Source: Thiopseudomonas sp.
GTDB taxonomy: Bacteria > Pseudomonadota > Gammaproteobacteria > Pseudomonadales > Pseudomonadaceae
Length of the DNA: 64,000 nt
Assembly (NCBI GenBank): GCA_035271365.1
Contig: DATERS010000159.1
Coordinates: 14,886-78,885 of the forward strand
Direction of reading: 5' to 3'
Shown here piece after piece: positions 1 to 10,600 of this stretch. The position numbers and the translations under genes are program-made. The notes under the pieces are model-generated. The model had not been told where the DNA came from and did not search any database. It was given only the letters and a program-made list of their open reading frames with translations. Each line of letters opens with the position of its first letter. The stretch's first letter is position 1.

Positions 1-1061
1 TTATCGCCCTCTGGATCATTACGGCGGTCTTGACGCGCACGTACTGAACCTTCAACAACTGGAGATACGATCTCAAGGTGTGATGGGTTAAAGCTCAGAG
101 CCAAGTGCACTTCACCACCGGGCGTCATGACGTTGGATGAGAAACCTTGGTGGTATTTAACGTCACCTGAGGCTAAGCCTTCAACGCGTTTACCATCAAA
201 CTCATCAAACAAATCACGAGGATTTTTACCGTAGGTATTCACTAGAACGTTCAGACGTCCACGGTGAGCCATACCTACAACAATTTCTTTAGCACCATAA
301 GAACCTGAACGCTGAATAATCTCATCCATTAATGGAATAAGACTCTCACCACCTTCAAGACCAAAGCGCTTAGTACCTGGGTATTTAGTACCTAAGTATT
401 TTTCCAGACCTTCACCGGCAGTCAAACGCTCAAGAATATGCGTACGAACCTCGGGGGAAAAACCTGGACGGCTGCGTACACTTTCCAGACGCTGCTGGAA
501 CCAGCGACGCTGCTCTGAATCAACAATATGAGTAAATTCAGCACCGATGGTGCGGCAATAGGTATCTTGCAATGCTTGCTGAATCTCACTTAATGTAGCT
601 TCTTCTTTGCCGATATTTAAATCGCCAGTACGAAACACACTATCGAGGTCAGCATTAGTCAAACCGTAATGATGTACGGTTAGATCAGCCTGCATCGGAC
701 GTACCCATAAACCTAGCGGATCAAGCTCTGCAGCTTGGTGGCCACGCATACGGTAGGCTTGGATTAAACGTAGTACTTCTACTTGTTTTTTCTCATGCTC
801 AGTGCTGATACTGCCAGCAGAAACTGGCTGAGCACGTCTTTGGTTTTTGGCCAATAAGACAAATTGATCGCGAACTGTAGAGTGCGATACATCAGTACTT
901 AAACCGCCGTCAGCAGGCAGTTTTTGAAAATAAGTACGCCACTCTTCCGATACGGAGTTCGGATCGTGCAGGTAGAGTTCATATAGCTCTTCCACATAGG
1001 CAGCATTTCCACCGGAGAGGTGGGCGCTGCTCCACATGCGCTGCATTACGCTTTCTTGCAT
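1..1061 (-). CDS. sucA: 2-oxoglutarate dehydrogenase E1 component, N-terminal part (continues beyond window start)
   Basis: Own translation of the minus strand from ATG at 1061..1059 gives MQESVMQRMWSSAHLSGGNAAYVEELYELYLHDP, and the frame stays open to base 1 (..GSVRARQDRRNDPEGD). It lies downstream of sdhCDAB. Confidence 0.9.
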   Translation of the reverse strand, partial: MQESVMQRMWSSAHLSGGNAAYVEELYELYLHDPNSVSEEWRTYFQKLPADGGLSTDVSHSTVRDQFVLLAKNQRRAQPVSAGSISTEHEKKQVEVLRLIQAYRMRGHQAAELDPLGLWVRPMQADLTVHHYGLTNADLDSVFRTGDLNIGKEEATLSEIQQALQDTYCRTIGAEFTHIVDSEQRRWFQQRLESVRSRPGFSPEVRTHILERLTAGEGLEKYLGTKYPGTKRFGLEGGESLIPLMDEIIQRSGSYGAKEIVVGMAHRGRLNVLVNTYGKNPRDLFDEFDGKRVEGLASGDVKYHQGFSSNVMTPGGEVHLALSFNPSHLEIVSPVVEGSVRARQDRRNDPEGD

Positions 1062-1243
1062 GCTAGGTCACCCTTTATAAGGGGGACGCTACCGGCATGG
1101 AAACTTAACGGCCTGTAAGTCACAAACAGCGACTTGGATAAAGCCACTACGATTCCCGCAGATAGTCCGGGCACCAGCCCGGATGCCCCTGCTGGTCTTC
1201 AATTGCGTTTTGAAAAAAGCTTTGTGAGCTGTTTTTCGTTTAA

Positions 1244-1277
1244 AGCCGCTTGTATGAAAGTACTCATACAAGCGGCT
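1244..1277 (-). other. Strong 14-bp stem-loop in the sdhB-sucA intergenic region, possibly a partial terminator or RNA-stabilising hairpin
   Basis: AGCCGCTTGTATGA (1244-1257) pairs perfectly with TCATACAAGCGGCT (1264-1277). On the minus strand only TTTAAAC follows, so the U-tract is poor. Confidence 0.5.
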
Positions 1278-1306
1278 AAAGTATTCACAACATTATCTGC
1301 TGCGAA

Positions 1307-2026
1307 CTAGGTACCACTTTGCAATAACATTTCACGAATATGACCAATCGCCCGTGTTGGGTTCAGGCCTTTCGGACATACGTTAACGCAGTTCATGATG
1401 TTGTGGCAGCGGAATACGCTGAACGGGTCATCAAGACGTGCTAAGCGTTCTTGCGTCTGCGTATCACGTGAGTCTGCTAAGAAACGATAGGCTTGCAGCA
1501 ATGCTGCTGGGCCTAAGAACTTATCAGGATTCCACCAGAATGATGGGCAACCAGTTGAGCAGCATGCGCATAAAATACACTCATACAAGCCATCTAGTTT
1601 CGCGCGTTCTTCTGGTGACTGCAAGCGCTCCATACCTGGCGCTGGCGTATTGTTTTGCAAATACGGCTGAACTTTTTCGTACTGCTTGTAGAAGATACTC
1701 ATATCTACAGCAAGGTCACGAATAATTGGCAGACCAGGCAATGGTCGCACAACTAATTTACCATTTTTGACTACAGTCGATATTGGTGTAATACAAGCTA
1801 AGCCGTTTTTACCAGCGATATTCATACCGTCAGAACCACACACGCCTTCGCGGCATGAGCGACGATAAGAAAAACTTTCATCCTGCTCTTTAATCAGAGC
1901 TAGAACGTCCAGCACCATCATGTCTTTACCATTAATCTCGACATTGAAGTCTTGCATAAATGGCGCAGGATTAACGTCTGGATTGTAGCGGTAAACGCTT
2001 ACTTGCAATATTTTAGGCAACGTCAT
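1307..2026 (-). CDS. sdhB: succinate dehydrogenase iron-sulfur subunit
   Basis: 239 aa with Fe-S cysteine motifs CREGVCGSDG, CILCACCSTGCP and CHNIMNCVNVCP. It is in sdhCDAB order. Confidence 0.97.
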   Translation of the reverse strand: MTLPKILQVSVYRYNPDVNPAPFMQDFNVEINGKDMMVLDVLALIKEQDESFSYRRSCREGVCGSDGMNIAGKNGLACITPISTVVKNGKLVVRPLPGLPIIRDLAVDMSIFYKQYEKVQPYLQNNTPAPGMERLQSPEERAKLDGLYECILCACCSTGCPSFWWNPDKFLGPAALLQAYRFLADSRDTQTQERLARLDDPFSVFRCHNIMNCVNVCPKGLNPTRAIGHIREMLLQSGT

Positions 2027-2037
2027 CGTAATAACCC

Positions 2038-3825
2038 TTAATATTTACGTTCTTGAGGAATAAAGTGTTCAGCATCTTTTTCAACTGCTGGTGAAAGCGA
2101 GAAGTTCACTGCGCGCTTGCCAACACTTTTAGTTTCTGGGAAGTACATGCTGTGACACAACCAGTTCTCATCATCACGTGTTTCAAAGTCTTCACGAGCA
2201 TGCGCTCCGCGTGACTCAGTACGTGCTTCTGCAGCAATTGCAGTTGCTTCGGCCACTTCAAACAAGTTTTGCAATTCAAGCGCTTCAATACGTGCAGTAT
2301 TAAAAGCATTGCTCTTGTCTGTGATTCTAACGTTTTTGATACGCTCGCCTAACAGTGCAAGCTCAGCAATACCTTTCTGCATGTATTCGCCAGTACGGAA
2401 CACACCGAAGTAATTCTGCATGCAATTTTGCAGTTCTTTACGTAAAGGAGCAACGTCCTCGCCTTCAGTACGCTCATTAAGCGCATTTAAGCGTGCAAGA
2501 GATTTTTCAATATCACTCTCACGAGCAGGACTTGCTTCAACACCTTCACGCAGACTTTTCTCAAGGTAAATACCCGCAGCACGACCGAATACCACCAAGT
2601 CAAGCAGTGAGTTACCACCCAGACGGTTCGCACCGTGTACAGATACAGAGGTCACTTCACCAACGGCAAATAAACCGTCAATGATATTGTCATTACCTTC
2701 AGCATCTTGGGCAATCGCTTGACCATGAATGTTAGTGGCAATACCACCCATCATATAGTGACAGGTTGGAACAACTGGGATCGGTGCAACCACTGGGTCA
2801 ACGTGAGCAAAGGTAATTGATAGTTCACAAATACCTGGCAGACGACTGTGCAGAACTTCTTCACCGAGGTGGTCAAGTTTCAGCAGTACGTGGTCGCCAT
2901 TAGGGCCACAACCGTTACCGGCTAAGATTTCCTTAACCATTGAACGTGCAACAACGTCACGTCCAGCAAGGTCTTTCGCGTTCGGAGCATAACGCTCCAT
3001 GAAACGCTCACCGTGCTTATTGATCAAGTAACCACCTTCACCACGGCAACCTTCAGTGACCAAGGTACCCGCACCAGCAATACCGGTTGGGTGGAACTGC
3101 CACATTTCCATATCTTGCATTGGTACACCAGCACGTAAGCCCATACCAATACCGTCACCAGTATTAATCAGAGCGTTCGTGGTTGATGCGAAGATACGAC
3201 CCGCACCACCGGTTGCCAATACAACTGCTTTAGCACGGATATGAACAACTTCACCCGTTTCAATGCAAATTGCAATAACACCAACGACTGCGCCGTCTTC
3301 GTTTTTAACCAAATCAACCGCGAACCACTCGTTTAAGAAAACGGTGCCTTCTTTTAGGTTAGCTTGGTACAAAGTGTGTAACAGTGCGTGACCGGTACGG
3401 TCAGCTGCAGCACAGGTACGAGCAGCTTGACCGCCGCGACCAAAGTCTTTGGACTGGCCACCAAACGGACGCTGATAAATACGACCTTTTTCAGTACGTG
3501 AGAACGGCAGCCCCATATGCTCAAGCTCATAAACAGCTTCAGGGCCTACTGAACACATATATTCGATAGCGTCTTGGTCACCGATATAGTCGGAACCTTT
3601 AACGGTATCGTACATATGCCAGCGCCAATCATCATTCGGGTCATCCGAAGCGATTGCGCAAGTGATACCACCTTGTGCAGAAACAGTGTGCGAGCGCGTA
3701 GGAAACACTTTAGTCACTACGGCTGTTTTGTGCCCGCCTTTTGCTAACTGCAGTGACGCACGCATACCCGCGCCGCCGCCACCAATAATAATGGCATCAT
3801 AAGAAATTGTACGAATACTGGCCAT
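2038..3825 (-). CDS. sdhA: succinate dehydrogenase flavoprotein subunit
   Basis: 595 aa with the FAD fold [11 protein letters not shown] and the covalent-FAD histidine motif [10 protein letters not shown]. Confidence 0.97.
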   Translation of the reverse strand: MASIRTISYDAIIIGGGGAGMRASLQLAKGGHKTAVVTKVFPTRSHTVSAQGGITCAIASDDPNDDWRWHMYDTVKGSDYIGDQDAIEYMCSVGPEAVYELEHMGLPFSRTEKGRIYQRPFGGQSKDFGRGGQAARTCAAADRTGHALLHTLYQANLKEGTVFLNEWFAVDLVKNEDGAVVGVIAICIETGEVVHIRAKAVVLATGGAGRIFASTTNALINTGDGIGMGLRAGVPMQDMEMWQFHPTGIAGAGTLVTEGCRGEGGYLINKHGERFMERYAPNAKDLAGRDVVARSMVKEILAGNGCGPNGDHVLLKLDHLGEEVLHSRLPGICELSITFAHVDPVVAPIPVVPTCHYMMGGIATNIHGQAIAQDAEGNDNIIDGLFAVGEVTSVSVHGANRLGGNSLLDLVVFGRAAGIYLEKSLREGVEASPARESDIEKSLARLNALNERTEGEDVAPLRKELQNCMQNYFGVFRTGEYMQKGIAELALLGERIKNVRITDKSNAFNTARIEALELQNLFEVAEATAIAAEARTESRGAHAREDFETRDDENWLCHSMYFPETKSVGKRAVNFSLSPAVEKDAEHFIPQERKY

Positions 3826-3828
3826 GAA

Positions 3829-4197
3829 TCAAATTCCCCACAGAATCTGTACGCCCCAGACGAACAGTACGAACATAGTTACGCCGCACAGTGCCTGGAC
3901 TAAAAATCGAACACCTGTTGCCCACTTGCCTAATGTCATGGGCGTCAGATAGTCAGTAGTAACTGCCCATAAGCCGATCCAAGCATGTGCGCTTAGTGCG
4001 ACGAGGCTCATTAAACTAAAAATGCGCATCCAGCTGTTTGCAAACAGCCCCTGCCACTGGGCATAGCCCATTCCCGGGTTGGCTAAAATATAACCCAAGA
4101 CGAACAGTACGTAGGCAGCCAGTACAACGGCTGAGACTCGCTGAGCCATCCAGTCATACAGACCAGACCGAGAGAAGTTTGTTACGTTAGTTACCAT
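3829..4197 (-). CDS. sdhD: succinate dehydrogenase membrane anchor subunit
   Basis: 122-aa hydrophobic protein between sdhC and sdhA. It overlaps sdhC by 7 nt. Confidence 0.9.
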   Translation of the reverse strand: MVTNVTNFSRSGLYDWMAQRVSAVVLAAYVLFVLGYILANPGMGYAQWQGLFANSWMRIFSLMSLVALSAHAWIGLWAVTTDYLTPMTLGKWATGVRFLVQALCGVTMFVLFVWGVQILWGI

Positions 4198-4565
4198 ATC
4201 CAGACTCCCATCAATACAATTAGTATGGCTGAAATAATAAAGACTAAATTAGCACCTAACTTACCGCCTTCAAGCGTTACACCAATATCCAAGTCCATAA
4301 TTAAATGGCGGATACCAGCTGTTAAGTGGTACATCAGTCCAGAGAGAAGACCCCAAACAACAAACTTGGCCAGCGGGCTGGTCAAGCACTCTTTAACTTC
4401 AGCAAATCCTTGTTCGGAAACAAGTGATTTGTCGAGTCCATATAGCAGCACAGCGATACCTACAAACAGGATGACACCTGTAATTCTGTGCAAAATGGAA
4501 GAGATGGCTGTATTAGGTAATTTTATAGTCCTAAGATCTAGGTTTACAGGTCGTTGGCTATTCAC
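4191..4565 (-). CDS. sdhC: succinate dehydrogenase cytochrome b556 subunit
   Basis: 124-aa protein with three transmembrane segments. It is the first gene of the sdh operon and is divergent from gltA. Confidence 0.9.
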   Translation of the reverse strand: MNSQRPVNLDLRTIKLPNTAISSILHRITGVILFVGIAVLLYGLDKSLVSEQGFAEVKECLTSPLAKFVVWGLLSGLMYHLTAGIRHLIMDLDIGVTLEGGKLGANLVFIISAILIVLMGVWIW

Positions 4566-4852
4566 GGCGTATTCACACTTAGAGAGCCCTAAACTGCAGG
4601 GCGAGTTGTCGGGAAGGCACTTAACTAAAAGTACCCGTCACCATCGGAGTGACGACCGTCAGCATATTGGCAAAAAGCCTCTGCCGGTCAGCAACCGAGT
4701 ATAGTGCAAAAAACGACACAATGACAACGCGAAATACATTCGCCTAAATGCGCATTGCCCATCTTTGACAATTAGCGTAAATATCTGTACTTGAAATTTT
4801 AGGCAGGGATACTTGTTATTTTATAAACTGTACTATAAAGACACAGTACAAA

Positions 4853-4880
4853 TTGACATTAGCTGTTATCCCACTATTAT
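4853..4880 (+). promoter_or_regulatory. candidate sigma70 promoter of gltA
   Basis: TTGACA (4853-4858), a 16-nt spacer and TATTAT (4875-4880), about 55 nt upstream of the gltA ATG. The SD is AGGAGG at 4926-4931. Confidence 0.45.
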
Positions 4881-4936
4881 ATCGCGGGCCCTGCGTGGGG
4901 GGCCGTGATGATTCCAAGCATAACTAGGAGGCCACA

Positions 4937-6220
4937 ATGGCTGACAAAAAAGCGCAGTTGATCATCGAGGGCAAAGCCCCCGTAGAGCTGCCAATACTGA
5001 CTGGTACTATTGGTCCTGATGTAGTTGACGTACGCGATCTGATTTCAAGCGACCTTTTCACTTATGACCCAGGCTTTATGTCGACAGCGGCATGTGAGTC
5101 AAAAATCACCTATATCGATGGCGATAAAGGTATTTTATTACACCGCGGCTATCCAATTGAGCAACTGGCGGCTAAGTCTGACTACTTAGAGACCTGCTAC
5201 TTACTGCTGCACGGTGAATTACCTAACCCAGAGCAGAAAAAAGAATTCGTTGATACTATTAACAAGCACACCATGGTTAACGAGCAGCTGAAATCATTCT
5301 TAAATGGTTTCCGTCGCGACGCACACCCAATGGCTATAATGTGCGGTATTGTTGGCGCGCTATCTGCTTTTTATCACGACTCTTTGGACAACAACAATCC
5401 AAAACATCGTGAAATTTCAGCACACCGCTTAATTGCTAAAATGCCAACCATCGCTGCAATGGCGTACAAGTACTCCATTGGCCAGCCCATCATGTATCCA
5501 AGCAATGACCTCAGCTACTCTGAGAACTTCTTGCATATGATGTTCAACACCCCAGCGGGCGTTAAACGCTTCAGCCCTGCTCTTGTTAAAGCAATGGATC
5601 GTATTTTCATCCTACACGCTGACCATGAGCAAAACGCTTCAACGTCCACAGTACGTTTAGCAGGCTCTACTGGCGCCAACCCATTCGCATGTATTGCTGC
5701 AGGTATTGCTGCACTATGGGGTCCTGCGCACGGTGGCGCTAACGAAGCTGTTCTGACCATGCTCGATGAAATCGGCGATGCGTCAAACATCGAGAAGTTT
5801 ATTGCTAAAGCGAAAGACAAAAATGACCCATTCAAACTGATGGGCTTTGGTCACCGCGTTTACAAAAACTTCGACCCTCGCGCACAAGTTATGAAGCAAA
5901 CCTGTGACGAAGTACTCGCAGAGCTGGGCGTCAACGATCCTAAGCTTGATCTAGCGATGAAACTTGAAGAATACGCATTAAACGACCCGTACTTCAAAGA
6001 GCGCAACCTGTACCCGAACGTCGACTTCTACTCAGGCATTATCCTGAAAGCAATCGGCATTCCAACCAGTATGTTCACAGTGATTTTTGCTATGTCACGT
6101 ACTGTAGGCTGGATTTCACACTGGACTGAGATGCTCTCAAGCCCATACAAAATCAGCCGTCCTCGTCAGCTGTACACCGGCTACGACAAGCGCGACTACA
6201 CGCCACTAGACAAGCGTTAA
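4937..6220 (+). CDS. gltA: type II citrate synthase
   Basis: 427 aa with the motif [14 protein letters not shown]. It shows the classic divergent gltA/sdhC arrangement. Confidence 0.97.
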   Translation: MADKKAQLIIEGKAPVELPILTGTIGPDVVDVRDLISSDLFTYDPGFMSTAACESKITYIDGDKGILLHRGYPIEQLAAKSDYLETCYLLLHGELPNPEQKKEFVDTINKHTMVNEQLKSFLNGFRRDAHPMAIMCGIVGALSAFYHDSLDNNNPKHREISAHRLIAKMPTIAAMAYKYSIGQPIMYPSNDLSYSENFLHMMFNTPAGVKRFSPALVKAMDRIFILHADHEQNASTSTVRLAGSTGANPFACIAAGIAALWGPAHGGANEAVLTMLDEIGDASNIEKFIAKAKDKNDPFKLMGFGHRVYKNFDPRAQVMKQTCDEVLAELGVNDPKLDLAMKLEEYALNDPYFKERNLYPNVDFYSGIILKAIGIPTSMFTVIFAMSRTVGWISHWTEMLSSPYKISRPRQLYTGYDKRDYTPLDKR

Positions 6221-6240
6221 TCTTGCTCTAGGTGCACAAA

Positions 6241-6275
6241 AAAGGGCTGCCCAGTAATGGGCAGCCCTTTTTTAC
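6241..6275. terminator. bidirectional rho-independent terminator between convergent gltA and the ykgJ-like gene
   Basis: GGGCTGCCC-AGTAAT-GGGCAGCCC is flanked by an A-run on the 5' side and TTTTTT on the 3' side. Confidence 0.85.
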
Positions 6276-6309
6276 TACTTCAATTTTCAATTAAACACCA
6301 CCAAAACGC

Positions 6310-6576
6310 CTACACTGCCTCTGCAGTTACACCCTCAAGCCAGCCTATCAATCGAATAGCATCGGCCTGATTTGCACCACAAACGCTCACTTCTGCCTGA
6401 AACACCCCGCAAAATGCAGGACGTTCGGGCAAGCCGAATAAATCACATAAATTTTCAGCGCTCAAGTTCAAACAACGCTCACCCGCTTTCTTACCTTGCG
6501 GCATATTTGGCATCGGCGTATTAATCGAAGGCGCAATACAACACGCACCACAGCCCATACGGCATTCCACTAGCAC
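6310..6576 (-). CDS. YkgJ-family cysteine-cluster protein (putative Fe-S/Zn binding, UPF0153-like)
   Basis: 88 aa with a GTG start, the N-terminal motif GCGACC and further Cys residues. Confidence 0.7.
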   Translation of the reverse strand: MLVECRMGCGACCIAPSINTPMPNMPQGKKAGERCLNLSAENLCDLFGLPERPAFCGVFQAEVSVCGANQADAIRLIGWLEGVTAEAV

Positions 6577-6625
6577 ACTACCCGCTTTATCATCAGAGCC
6601 GTTACAGGCATTGCATCACCTTCCG

Positions 6626-7498
6626 TTACAGATTTGTTTTGAGTCGCGCAATTAAACTGGACGTATCCCAGCGTTCACCGCCCATCGCTTCAACATCAGC
6701 ATAAAACTGATCCACCAGCGCAGTAACAGGCAAAGATGCACCATTGCGCCGCGCTTCATCAAAAACAATAGCAAAATCTTTGCGCATCCATTCTACGGCA
6801 AAACCAAAATCAAACTCGCCAGCCAACATGGTTTGATAGCGATTTTCTAACTGCCAAGATTGCGCTGCACCCTTACTGATCACTTGCATGGCGGCATCTG
6901 CATCCAAACCTGCACGCTGCGCAAAGTGCAATGCTTCAGCCAAGCCCTGCAATAGCCCACCAATACAAATCTGATTGACCATCTTAGTTAACTGGCCACT
7001 ACCAACGTCACCCATCAAGCGCTGCATACGCGCATAACACTGCAAAATCGGCGCAGCTCGCTCATACACACTGCGCTCACCACCGACCATAATGGTTAAT
7101 GAGCCATTTTGCGCTCCCAGTTGCCCACCAGATACCGGCGCATCTAAAAACGCAAAACCACACTGACTCGCTGCACTCGCCAACTGCTTGGCGACTTGGG
7201 CCGATGCAGTTGTGTGATCAACAAAAACACTGTCTGCTGCCATCGAGCTAAAAGCACCATCCTCACCCAGTGTCACTGTGCGTAAATCATCATCATTACC
7301 CACACAGCACATCACAAACTCAGCATTAAGGGCGGCTTCTGCTGGTGTATGTGCTAAAGCTCCTGAGTATTCTTGCAGCCACTGCTCAGCAGTAGCAAGT
7401 GTGCGGTTATAGACAACAACCTCATGTCCTTTGCTAGCCAAGTGCCCTGCCATAGGATAACCCATCGCCCCCAACCCAATAAACGCAATACGCGCCAT
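6626..7498 (-). CDS. NAD(P)-dependent oxidoreductase, 3-hydroxyisobutyrate dehydrogenase family
   Basis: 290 aa with the Rossmann N-terminus MARIAFIGLGAMGYPMA. Confidence 0.85.
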   Translation of the reverse strand: MARIAFIGLGAMGYPMAGHLASKGHEVVVYNRTLATAEQWLQEYSGALAHTPAEAALNAEFVMCCVGNDDDLRTVTLGEDGAFSSMAADSVFVDHTTASAQVAKQLASAASQCGFAFLDAPVSGGQLGAQNGSLTIMVGGERSVYERAAPILQCYARMQRLMGDVGSGQLTKMVNQICIGGLLQGLAEALHFAQRAGLDADAAMQVISKGAAQSWQLENRYQTMLAGEFDFGFAVEWMRKDFAIVFDEARRNGASLPVTALVDQFYADVEAMGGERWDTSSLIARLKTNL

Positions 7499-7648
7499 TC
7501 TTCACCTACCTGATATTTAATTAAAATTATTATAAATTTATCTAGCGCTACACAGCAGTAAAAAGCGTATTGGCGCAATCGATTAAGTCGTGACGATAGC
7601 AGTTCGCAACGCTATGCTACGCATCTTTTTTAACCTTGAGTACTGAGC

Positions 7649-7930
7649 ATGCTAAACGTAAATGAATATTTTTCAGGTGCTGTTAAATCAATCGGCTTCA
7701 CAGATAAAACTGGTTTAGCTAGCGTCGGCGTTATGTCTGCTGGCGAATACACCTTTAACACGTCAAGTGCAGAGATTATGCATATTATCAGCGGCAACGC
7801 GCAGGTAAAGCTCAGCGGCACGGATCACTGGCAAACTATATCTGCCGGCGAACACTTTCAAGTTGAAGCACACAGCAGTTTTTTGATTAAAATGACTCAA
7901 GACACTGCTTACTTATGTGAATACCGCTAA
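7649..7930 (+). CDS. ppnP: pyrimidine/purine nucleoside phosphorylase (DUF1255 cupin)
   Basis: 93 aa beginning MLNVNEYFSGAVKSIGF, typical of PpnP/YaiE. Confidence 0.85.
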   Translation: MLNVNEYFSGAVKSIGFTDKTGLASVGVMSAGEYTFNTSSAEIMHIISGNAQVKLSGTDHWQTISAGEHFQVEAHSSFLIKMTQDTAYLCEYR

Positions 7931-7979
7931 TACAGTAAACAGTACACTTCGACCAAGCAGCAATATGCAGCGCGCAAAA

Positions 7980-8606
7980 TCAGTTCAGATGAGCTTTTAG
8001 AAACTCGACAATTCTGAGCCCCGCACGCTGCAGATATTGCTCATGGGTAAAACCTGAGCGCTTTAAAGGTTTTAAGTCGTGATCAGCAAGCTCCATCCAC
8101 TCAAATTGAATCATGGGCGACAAATCATAAGTCAGCACTACATCTTTACAACCCAACGCATCACGCTCGCCCTGCACAATCAAGGTCGGCGCTTGTAAAT
8201 CTGCCAAATGTGCAGTACGGGGCTTGTCTTGTTTTTTAGCAGGGTAAAAAGGATAGCCCAGACACACCAATGCATCCGCCAGTAACTCATCAGCCAACAT
8301 ACTGGCCATGCGCCCACCCATTGACTTACCCGCCAGCACAATCGGTTCAGCAGTCTGCGCGCGTACCTGAGCAAATACACTACGCCACGTACCCAATAGC
8401 ACATTAGGCTTATTCGGCGGCCGGCGCACGCCATCAATTCGGCGCTGAGCCATATAAGGGAATTCAAAACGCACAACACTGACATTTAAAGCTAATAAAT
8501 GCTGCGTCATCGCCTCCATAAAAGGACTATCCATCGGCGCACCGGCACCGTGAGCAAAAATAAAAGTACAAAACGATTCAGGTGCTCGCACATATAAAAC
8601 TGACAT
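7980..8606 (-). CDS. alpha/beta-fold hydrolase (KANL3/Tex30-like predicted hydrolase)
   Basis: Contains FAHGAGAPMDSPFM and the nucleophile elbow GKSMGG. The ORF-track start at 8645 is a TTG, so I prefer the ATG at 8606 (MSVLYVRAPE). The start remains uncertain. Confidence 0.7.
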   Translation of the reverse strand: MSVLYVRAPESFCTFIFAHGAGAPMDSPFMEAMTQHLLALNVSVVRFEFPYMAQRRIDGVRRPPNKPNVLLGTWRSVFAQVRAQTAEPIVLAGKSMGGRMASMLADELLADALVCLGYPFYPAKKQDKPRTAHLADLQAPTLIVQGERDALGCKDVVLTYDLSPMIQFEWMELADHDLKPLKRSGFTHEQYLQRAGLRIVEFLKAHLN

Positions 8607-9157
8607 ACCAGTAAATATACCTATGCATATAATATTGAATAACAATATATTATTAAAATGCTAATCTTGCACATATAATTTCAATTATTAATAAGCCATA
8701 TCGAAAACCACAAACAACAAAGCAATATTATAACAAAACAACTAAAGCTACTTATAGCACCCCACTCAAGATTAAAGTTAACACTGCGCTTTATTCGCCT
8801 GTACATTGTACTACGAACAGATGAATGATTCGCATTCATACCAATAAACTCAACCACCAGATTAAAATCAACGGCAACCAGCTATATATAGTCGTATTAC
8901 TAGCCCTTAATATTATTTCCTGCTCAATTTGCGCTAAGATAGGCGCTACACCCCAAGGATAGGCAGCAAGCAAGAGTCAGTACACATACTTTTGTGGGCT
9001 TTATTTTGAGTAACTTTCGAAATAAAACTGACTTGCAGCACTTTTGTATTGATAACTCAGTCGTAATAAAGACGTACTGATTGCAATGACAATATGCTTT
9101 GCCCATACTTGTCGGTGATTTAATTCCAAACAATCCATTACCCGTGGAAGTCTTAGC

Positions 9158-10600
9158 ATGAGCACAGCAATCCAAGAGAATGCTTATAACTACAAGGTTG
9201 TACGCCAGTTCGCCATTATGACGGTGATCTGGGGTATCGTAGGCATGAGCATTGGCGTATTAATTGCAGCGCAATTAGTATGGCCAGAACTGAACTTTAA
9301 CCTACCGTGGACCAGCTTCGGCCGGCTCCGTCCTTTGCACACCAACGCAGTTATTTTTGCATTTGGTGGTAGCGCACTGTTCGCCACATCTTATTATGTG
9401 GTTCAGCGCACATCGCAAACACGTTTGTTTTCAGACAAACTCGCTGCTTTCACCTTCTGGGGTTGGCAGGTTGTGATTCTAATGGCGGCAATCACATTGC
9501 CATTGGGTTACACAACTACGAAAGAATACGCTGAGTTAGAGTGGCCTATCGCTATTCTATTGGGCGTTGTCTGGGTGGTTTATGCGATTGTTTTCTTTGG
9601 TACCATTGCCAAACGTAAAACATCACATATTTACGTGGGTAACTGGTTCTACGGCGCGTTCATTATTGTAACTGCCATGTTGCATATCGTGAACCACATG
9701 TCGATTCCAGTGACTTGGTTTAAGTCCTACTCGCTGTACTCAGGCGCTACAGACGCCATGGTTCAGTGGTGGTACGGACATAACGCCGTTGGTTTCTTCT
9801 TGACCACTGGTTTCTTGGGCATGATGTACTACTTCGTACCTAAGCAGTCTGAGCGTCCGATCTACTCGTACCGTTTATCAATCGTGCACTTCTGGGCACT
9901 GATTTCTCTGTACATTTGGGCCGGCCCACACCACTTGCACTACACTGCTTTACCAGACTGGGCTCAGTCTTTAGGTATGGCTATGTCGCTGATCTTATTG
10001 GCTCCATCATGGGGTGGTATGATCAACGGTATGATGACGCTGTCCGGCGCATGGCATAAGCTGCGTACTGACCCAATCCTACGTTTCCTTGTTGTATCGC
10101 TCGCCTTCTACGGCATGTCGACCTTTGAAGGTCCGATGATGGCGATTAAAACTGTAAACGCCCTATCGCACTACACTGACTGGACTGTTGGTCATGTACA
10201 CGCTGGTGCTCTAGGTTGGGTTGCGATGATTACCATTGGTTCGATGTATCACATGATTCCTCGCGTCTTTGGTCGTGACCAGATGTACAGTATCGCGCTG
10301 ATTAACACGCACTTCTGGTTAGCAACTATTGGTACCGTACTGTACATCGCTTCAATGTGGGTCAACGGTATTATGCAAGGCCTGATGTGGCGTGCAATTA
10401 ACCAAGACGGCACACTGACGTATTCCTTTGTGGAAGCGTTAGAAGCAGGTCACTACGGTTACATGGTACGTATGATTGGTGGCACATTCTTCTTAGCCGG
10501 TATGCTATTTATGGCATACAACGTATGGCGCACTGTACGTTCGTCAGACATTGAGAAAGCGAATGCCGCTGCACGCTTTACTGTTGGAGGCGCTCACTAA
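9158..10600 (+). CDS. ccoN: cbb3-type cytochrome c oxidase subunit I
   Basis: 480-aa polytopic heme-copper oxidase. It is followed by ccoO, ccoQ and ccoP. Confidence 0.97.
   Translation: MSTAIQENAYNYKVVRQFAIMTVIWGIVGMSIGVLIAAQLVWPELNFNLPWTSFGRLRPLHTNAVIFAFGGSALFATSYYVVQRTSQTRLFSDKLAAFTFWGWQVVILMAAITLPLGYTTTKEYAELEWPIAILLGVVWVVYAIVFFGTIAKRKTSHIYVGNWFYGAFIIVTAMLHIVNHMSIPVTWFKSYSLYSGATDAMVQWWYGHNAVGFFLTTGFLGMMYYFVPKQSERPIYSYRLSIVHFWALISLYIWAGPHHLHYTALPDWAQSLGMAMSLILLAPSWGGMINGMMTLSGAWHKLRTDPILRFLVVSLAFYGMSTFEGPMMAIKTVNALSHYTDWTVGHVHAGALGWVAMITIGSMYHMIPRVFGRDQMYSIALINTHFWLATIGTVLYIASMWVNGIMQGLMWRAINQDGTLTYSFVEALEAGHYGYMVRMIGGTFFLAGMLFMAYNVWRTVRSSDIEKANAAARFTVGGAH

Noticed and set aside
1089-1271. 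60-aa ORF in the sdhB-sucA spacer.
   Set aside because: It has no SD and a basic, low-complexity sequence. It spans the hairpins, which are better explained as RNA structure.
5515-5835. 106-aa ORF antisense to gltA, and similar antisense ORFs of 60-130 aa inside sdhA, moxR, DUF58, batB, batD, hscA, ispG and rlmN.
   Set aside because: The reasoning is the same: each overlaps a strongly supported gene and has no independent coding signal.
8821-8839. Palindrome ATGAATGATTCGCATTCAT considered as a Fur box.
   Set aside because: It matches the 19-bp Fur consensus GATAATGATAATCATTATC at only about 10 of 19 positions. It is kept only as an unexplained inverted repeat within the AT-rich region finding.
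8857-9128. Three FNR/Anr-like sequences upstream of ccoN: CAGATTAAAATCAA, CTGATTGCAATGAC and GTGATTTAATTCCA.
   Set aside because: They match at only 7-8 of 10 positions and none is placed about 41.5 nt from a plausible transcription start. This is too weak to annotate as a binding site.
8825-9175. Small ORFs in the ccoN upstream region: a 45-aa plus-strand ORF at 8825-8962 (MIRIHTNKLNHQIKINGNQLYIVVLLALNIISCSICAKIGATPQG) and an 83-aa minus-strand ORF at 8924-9175.
   Set aside because: Neither has a credible SD. The 83-aa ORF overlaps the ccoN start on the opposite strand. The hydrophobic stretch in the 45-aa ORF is expected from AT-rich sequence. There is no basis for calling either a gene without conservation or expression data.
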